Of a DNA stretch of 64,000 bases, positions 59,625-64,000 are shown one piece after another. The stretch lies in the NCBI RefSeq assembly GCF_009914755.1, contig NC_060931.1; one strand, 5' to 3'. Made by a program: the position numbers and the translations under genes. The stretch is from the human T2T-CHM13v2.0 reference genome, Homo sapiens. Every line of letters starts with the position of its first letter. The first letter of the stretch is position 1. Below the pieces are notes generated by a model. That model was not told the DNA's origin. It saw nothing but the letters and a program-made list of their open reading frames with translations, and ran no database searches.

Positions 59625-59860
59625 TAATTTATTTTTTATTGTATGTATTTATGGTATATAGCATGATGTTTGGACATACATATATCCAGTGAAATGATTA
59701 CTACAGTCAAACAAATTAACATATCCATCACCTTCCATAGTTACCTTTTGTGTGTGTGTGTTTGTTTGTGTGTGTGTTGTGTGTGTGATATGAGCACCTA
59801 AAATCTACTCTTAACAAATTATCAATGTATAATATTAAGTATAGCCATCAGGCTGTCCAT
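59625..59860 (-). mobile_element. L1MA9/10-like 3' tip with internal (TG)n
   Basis: 'gtgaaatgattactacagtcaaacaaattaacatatccatcacc'. Confidence 0.75.
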
Positions 59861-60920
59861 TATATACTTTTAAAATATACATCATAAAGTTCTTCTTTAC
59901 CTGCAGGACATTTTCTTTTGTTTATTTACTCCTTGAAATTATATTTCCATTCCACTTCCTACTATTTTTTCTACTTTAAAGAATTTCATAAGTACATACT
60001 TCTCCACAACAAAAATATGTAAAAAAATGAAAATAATTTTAAATTTCCTGTGATGGTTCAATTCTGTTAGAAAATTCTACACAATTTCTTAAAACCACAT
60101 AAATATATTACAAATATTGATGGGTAATTACTAAACATAAAATGTAAGACTGCATTGGAATTGCAGTTCTTACTGAGATGGGTAGTATTTTCCCCCCATA
60201 TACCCATGGTAAATATACCAGGAATAGCATCAGTGCTATGATTTGGTTGCTACAGGTGCTGAGAAGCTTTTCAACTAAATAAATAAATGGGAATGAGAGT
60301 TTTGTTATGGCAATGGGGCTCAATTCTTTGAATTCTTGTTCAGTTACACACCAAAAATTATATGGTAATCTATCATCAAGATGGTTTTTAGTGATCTCTC
60401 CTCTGTGGACTTGATTAGAAGTCTTTCACTTTGGTGAAAAGCAGAGAATTAGAATCCATCTAACTTGCAACAGGATTAATTATCCCATCATTGCAATCAT
60501 TTTTTCCCCTTTTTTGAGTGTTCTAGAGGTTTTTGCACCTGAGGCAATGCATTCGTAGGCTTGGGATGAGTGTGAGGTATGCCTTTCTATATTATCAAGT
60601 GATAAAAGCAAGATGATTGGGCAGGGGAGATAGGAAAGGAGAACAGCCCGATGATGACCACAGGACAAGCTTATCAGAAAACCTATTCCTTTGAAACTAT
60701 CCATGCCCACTTACCCCTTAGGAAAACTCCACATACCTTCCCTCCTCTGCCTGAAGACTGCTGATCTGTAGACTTCACTCATTTGGTGCTATAGCACCTT
60801 GGCACTGTGGATAAATGTTGAGGCTGATCTCCTACATTGTCCTGTGGGATGGCTTTTTTTCTCCTCCCATTTTTAGCACATATTTTCTTAAACTTTCAAC
60901 TCTTTCAAAAGCTTCTTTAG

Positions 60921-61134
60921 TTAGCCATGTGTGGTGATGTGTGCCTGTAGTCCTAGCTACGATGGAAGCTGAGGCAGGAATGATCACTTGAGCCCAGGAG
61001 GTCGAGGCTACCGTGAGCCATGATCATGCTACTGCACTCCAGCCTGGGTAACAGAGTGAGACCCTGTCTCAAGAAATCAAGTAAAATAAAATAAAATAAA
61101 ATAAAATAAAATAAAATAAAATACAATAAAAAAT
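60921..61134 (+). mobile_element. Alu right monomer (AluJ/FRAM) with (AAAAT)n tail
   Basis: TSD aaagcttctttag at 60908-60920 and 61135-61147. Confidence 0.9.
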
Positions 61135-61414
61135 AAAGCTTCTTTAGGGCACTATAAATAAGACAGCAACATTTGTGCACAGATGTTTTATAATCCTGGC
61201 CAATTCAATTTTAAAAAAGAAATAAAAAGAGAAAGAAATAAGGAGAGAAAGGATGAAGAAGAAAGAAAAAGAAAGACCATAAGGAGTAAAGGAAGAAAGA
61301 AAGATCACAAATACTCTTGAAGATAGAGAGGAGAGTTACAAAAGGCTGATTCTGTATGGAGGGGCTGTACATGGTATATCAGGCATGTGGGGATTCAGGT
61401 TTCTCTTTCCACAC

Positions 61415-61790
61415 GTATACAGACATTGACTGGTTACCTCTGTTCAGCATCTGTTCCTCGCTTCCCTCAGCAAGAGTACCCCCAGCTCATTCCCAATTAT
61501 CTGGCTTTTATGATTGAGCCCATGTCAGCTCCATGAACAAGACCTGATTGCTGACCTAGGCCAATCAGTATATCCCATACTCCTGGCTATAGGAATTGAT
61601 TGGTTCAGTTAAGCAAATAGTCCAGTCCAAGAGATTATGCTCATGCTTCTATGGAGAAAGAAAGCATACATGCTTTAAATATATCCGTTATTGGCAGAGA
61701 GACGCTTTCTTTGCTGCTGGACATGAGTGTGGAGATGTAGCACCAGGAGCCTCTGGTAGCCATCTTGCAACCATAAAGGCAAAAGTGTCT
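61415..61790 (+). mobile_element. MLT1K/L-like MaLR fragment
   Basis: 'ctaggccaatcag...tgattggttcag...ggtagccatcttgcaacca'. Confidence 0.55.
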
Positions 61791-61793
61791 TAA

Positions 61794-61960
61794 TTTTTTT
61801 TTTTTTAATTTTTGTGGGTACATAGTAGGTGTATATATTTATAGGATACTTGAGATGTTTTGACATAGGCATGCAATGTGAAACAAGCATATCATAGAGA
61901 ATGGTATGCATCCCTTCAAGCATTTATCCTTTTAGTTACAAATAGTCCAATTACATTATA
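61794..61960 (-). mobile_element. L1MA2/3-like 3' tip
   Basis: 'ttttgtgggtacatagtaggtgtatatattta...caagcatttatcctt'. Confidence 0.85.
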
Positions 61961-62829
61961 TAAGTGACCCAACGCTATTGGTTTCTACTACAATTTTTTT
62001 TTTCAATCTTGAGCTTCTCAAAGTTCTTGGCAGGACCAAGAAAGAGAAAGAAACTGCGTGCCAGTCATGGTTATTTGACCAAATCAACCTCTATCTGATC
62101 CAGATAAGTCCCCAAATATTCTGTTATGTGAACCAATGAAATTTCCTTATTGTTTTTCAGTTTTAATGGGATTTCAGTGACTTGCAGAAAGAATGATAAA
62201 TTATATAAAAAGTAATAATATAGTAACTCACTGTAATCAGAATATCTCTGCATTTATTTTTACTCTTTTTTTTCTGCACATATTGGGATTCACAGACACA
62301 TGTTTTGAAGAAAGCATAGCGTTGCTTAAAAACAATGAAAAGCCACAGACCTAAAAAGAAAAAAGAAAAGAAAAGCCATAGACTTAGATCTTGATTCATG
62401 TCAGGAAAGATACTGGTGTTTATGGGGGTCAATACATAGCACCCATCTTTTCTCTACCTCATCTCCAAAGCCACTGAGATCTAGATCAAAATGTGAATAT
62501 TCTTCTGATGGAGCTGCTGCAGTCATGGCGAGCTTCCTAATAGTTCAGACCTAGCTGGACTTTCTCACCCAGCCACAGGCAGCACCGAGCCAGCACAGGC
62601 CTGTTCTTGGGAAACTAATGATAAGGGTGCATAAACAAATGAAGACTTCATAGACAGGCTGACTTTTAAGAGAAGAGAGAAAGGAGGGGCATGGCTACAG
62701 TACCAGTGTCTTATCTCAGCCAGTATGTCAATCCTCTTACCCAGAATAAGATAAGAATAGTCAGGGGCTGAGAGTCAAGAAAGCAAATGTACAAAAATAT
62801 GTAATGAGAATTGTGGCAAATACTAGAAA

Positions 62830-63420
62830 GGAAACAAACAAGGCCTTGTGAGAAAATAACTGGGCAGGGCTGCTTTAAAAGGGATAGCCCAGCAAGGCTC
62901 TATGAGAGGACATTTAAACTGAAGCCCAAAGGACGAAAAGGAAACTGTCATTCAAATGGGGGAGGAGATTAGAGACAGGAGAGCATTCCAGGTTGAAAGA
63001 TCCTGCAAATACAAAGTCCCCAGGGTGGGGATGAGTATAGGCTAGGGGTGCACAAGGTGAAGCCTTTAGGGAAGGCTGAACCATGCCTTAAGTGGGGATC
63101 AGGTGTTTGGATTTTGTTCCAAGTGCAATGGGGAGTTGTTGAACCATCAAATAGGAGAGTGACATGAACTGATTTATGGTTTCAAAAAATACCTTTGGCT
63201 GTTCTGAAAATGAGCTGGGCAGGTTTCAGAGCAGAGACAGGGAGGTCAGTTGGGAGAACATTGTAGTAGCCCAGATAAGAGATAGTGGTCTAAAGCAGTG
63301 CCAGTGGATATACGCAGAAGGTAATGGGTCTGAGACATATTTTGGAGTTGGCTAGACACAGTATGCTGATGGATTAAATATAGTTGACTAAGGGGTGCCT
63401 AGATTTTTTGCCTAGAGCAA
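62830..63420 (-). mobile_element. L2 LINE fragment
   Basis: 'gagcattccagg...tgcaaatacaaagtccc', 'tttggattttgttccaagtgcaatgggga', 'tgctgatggatta'. Confidence 0.7.
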
Positions 63421-63468
63421 AAACATATATTATTTCCTCCCTCCCTTCCTTTCTTTCTTTCTTCTTTC

Positions 63469-63887
63469 TGTAAATAAAATGTACAAGAGGCCATTGGTTT
63501 GGACTTAACTCCTGCACTAAGCCCAACAGACCAAACCAAATGGAGTTACTCGTGCTGAAGTTCCAAGCCACCATGCTGAAATTAATCTGTTTATCTGAAC
63601 TTCAGAGAAATCAGGGGAAAGAGAGATAATAGCCAAATCCCCAAACAGGCCAGTTTTAGCTAGCATGATAAAGAAGTCACTTCTGCTTTAACCTTTACAA
63701 AGAAAGTAACTATGAAATGACCAATCCACTTTTTATTCTCAGTTTCGTTTATTCAGCCTATAAAGTCAATCTCTTCTGCTCAGCTCCTCGGAATACCAAT
63801 TCTATTTTATAGGGATTGCCTGATTCTGGAATCACAAATAAAAGTCAATTAGATCTTTAAACCAAACTTGTGATTTTGTCTTTGACC
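63469..63887 (+). mobile_element. ERV1 solo LTR (MER31-like)
   Basis: 'gaggccattggtttggact...cccaacagaccaaaccaaatggagt'; CCAAT at ~63721, TATAAA at 63759-63764, AATAAA at 63837-63842. Confidence 0.7.
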
Positions 63888-64000
63888 CTTCCTTTTTTCC
63901 TCTTTTTCTTCTTTCTTTCTCTTCCTCTTCTATTCTTCTTTGCCTTATTCATATTTTTTTGTATGAGAAGAGTACATCAATATTTCATGTACAGACATGT

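Overview
This is hominoid (most likely human) genomic DNA: AT-rich, CpG-poor and dominated by interspersed repeats. These include about 26 Alus (FLAM/FRAM, J, S, Y), LINE-1 copies from L1ME to L1PA2 (one full-length but dead L1PA6/7 at 33.7-39.9 kb), MaLR/ERV solo LTRs, L2/MIR and DNA-transposon fossils. No intact protein-coding ORF is present; the long ORFs in the track are L1 ORF1/ORF2/ORF0 fragments, Alu read-through or chance frames. The only gene-like signals are a probable + strand terminal exon at 1545-~1660 (gene not recognised) and weaker candidate exons at 7553 and 52008-52116. I find no support for a novel multi-gene biological system. The most interesting signals are fossil footprints of DNA repair and retrotransposition: (1) a three-patch templated insertion creating a 62-bp inverted repeat (17695-18657); (2) a 42-bp Alu-internal patch apparently copied from an Alu 2.6 kb away (56023-56064); (3) two twin-primed (5'-inverted) L1s; (4) an L1 nested in L1 ORF1; (5) a tail-less, TSD-less full-length Alu; (6) possible gene conversion between neighbouring L1s; (7) an ORF0-homologous antisense frame in the L1 5'UTR. 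Repeat subfamily names come from recalled consensus motifs, not from a RepeatMasker run.
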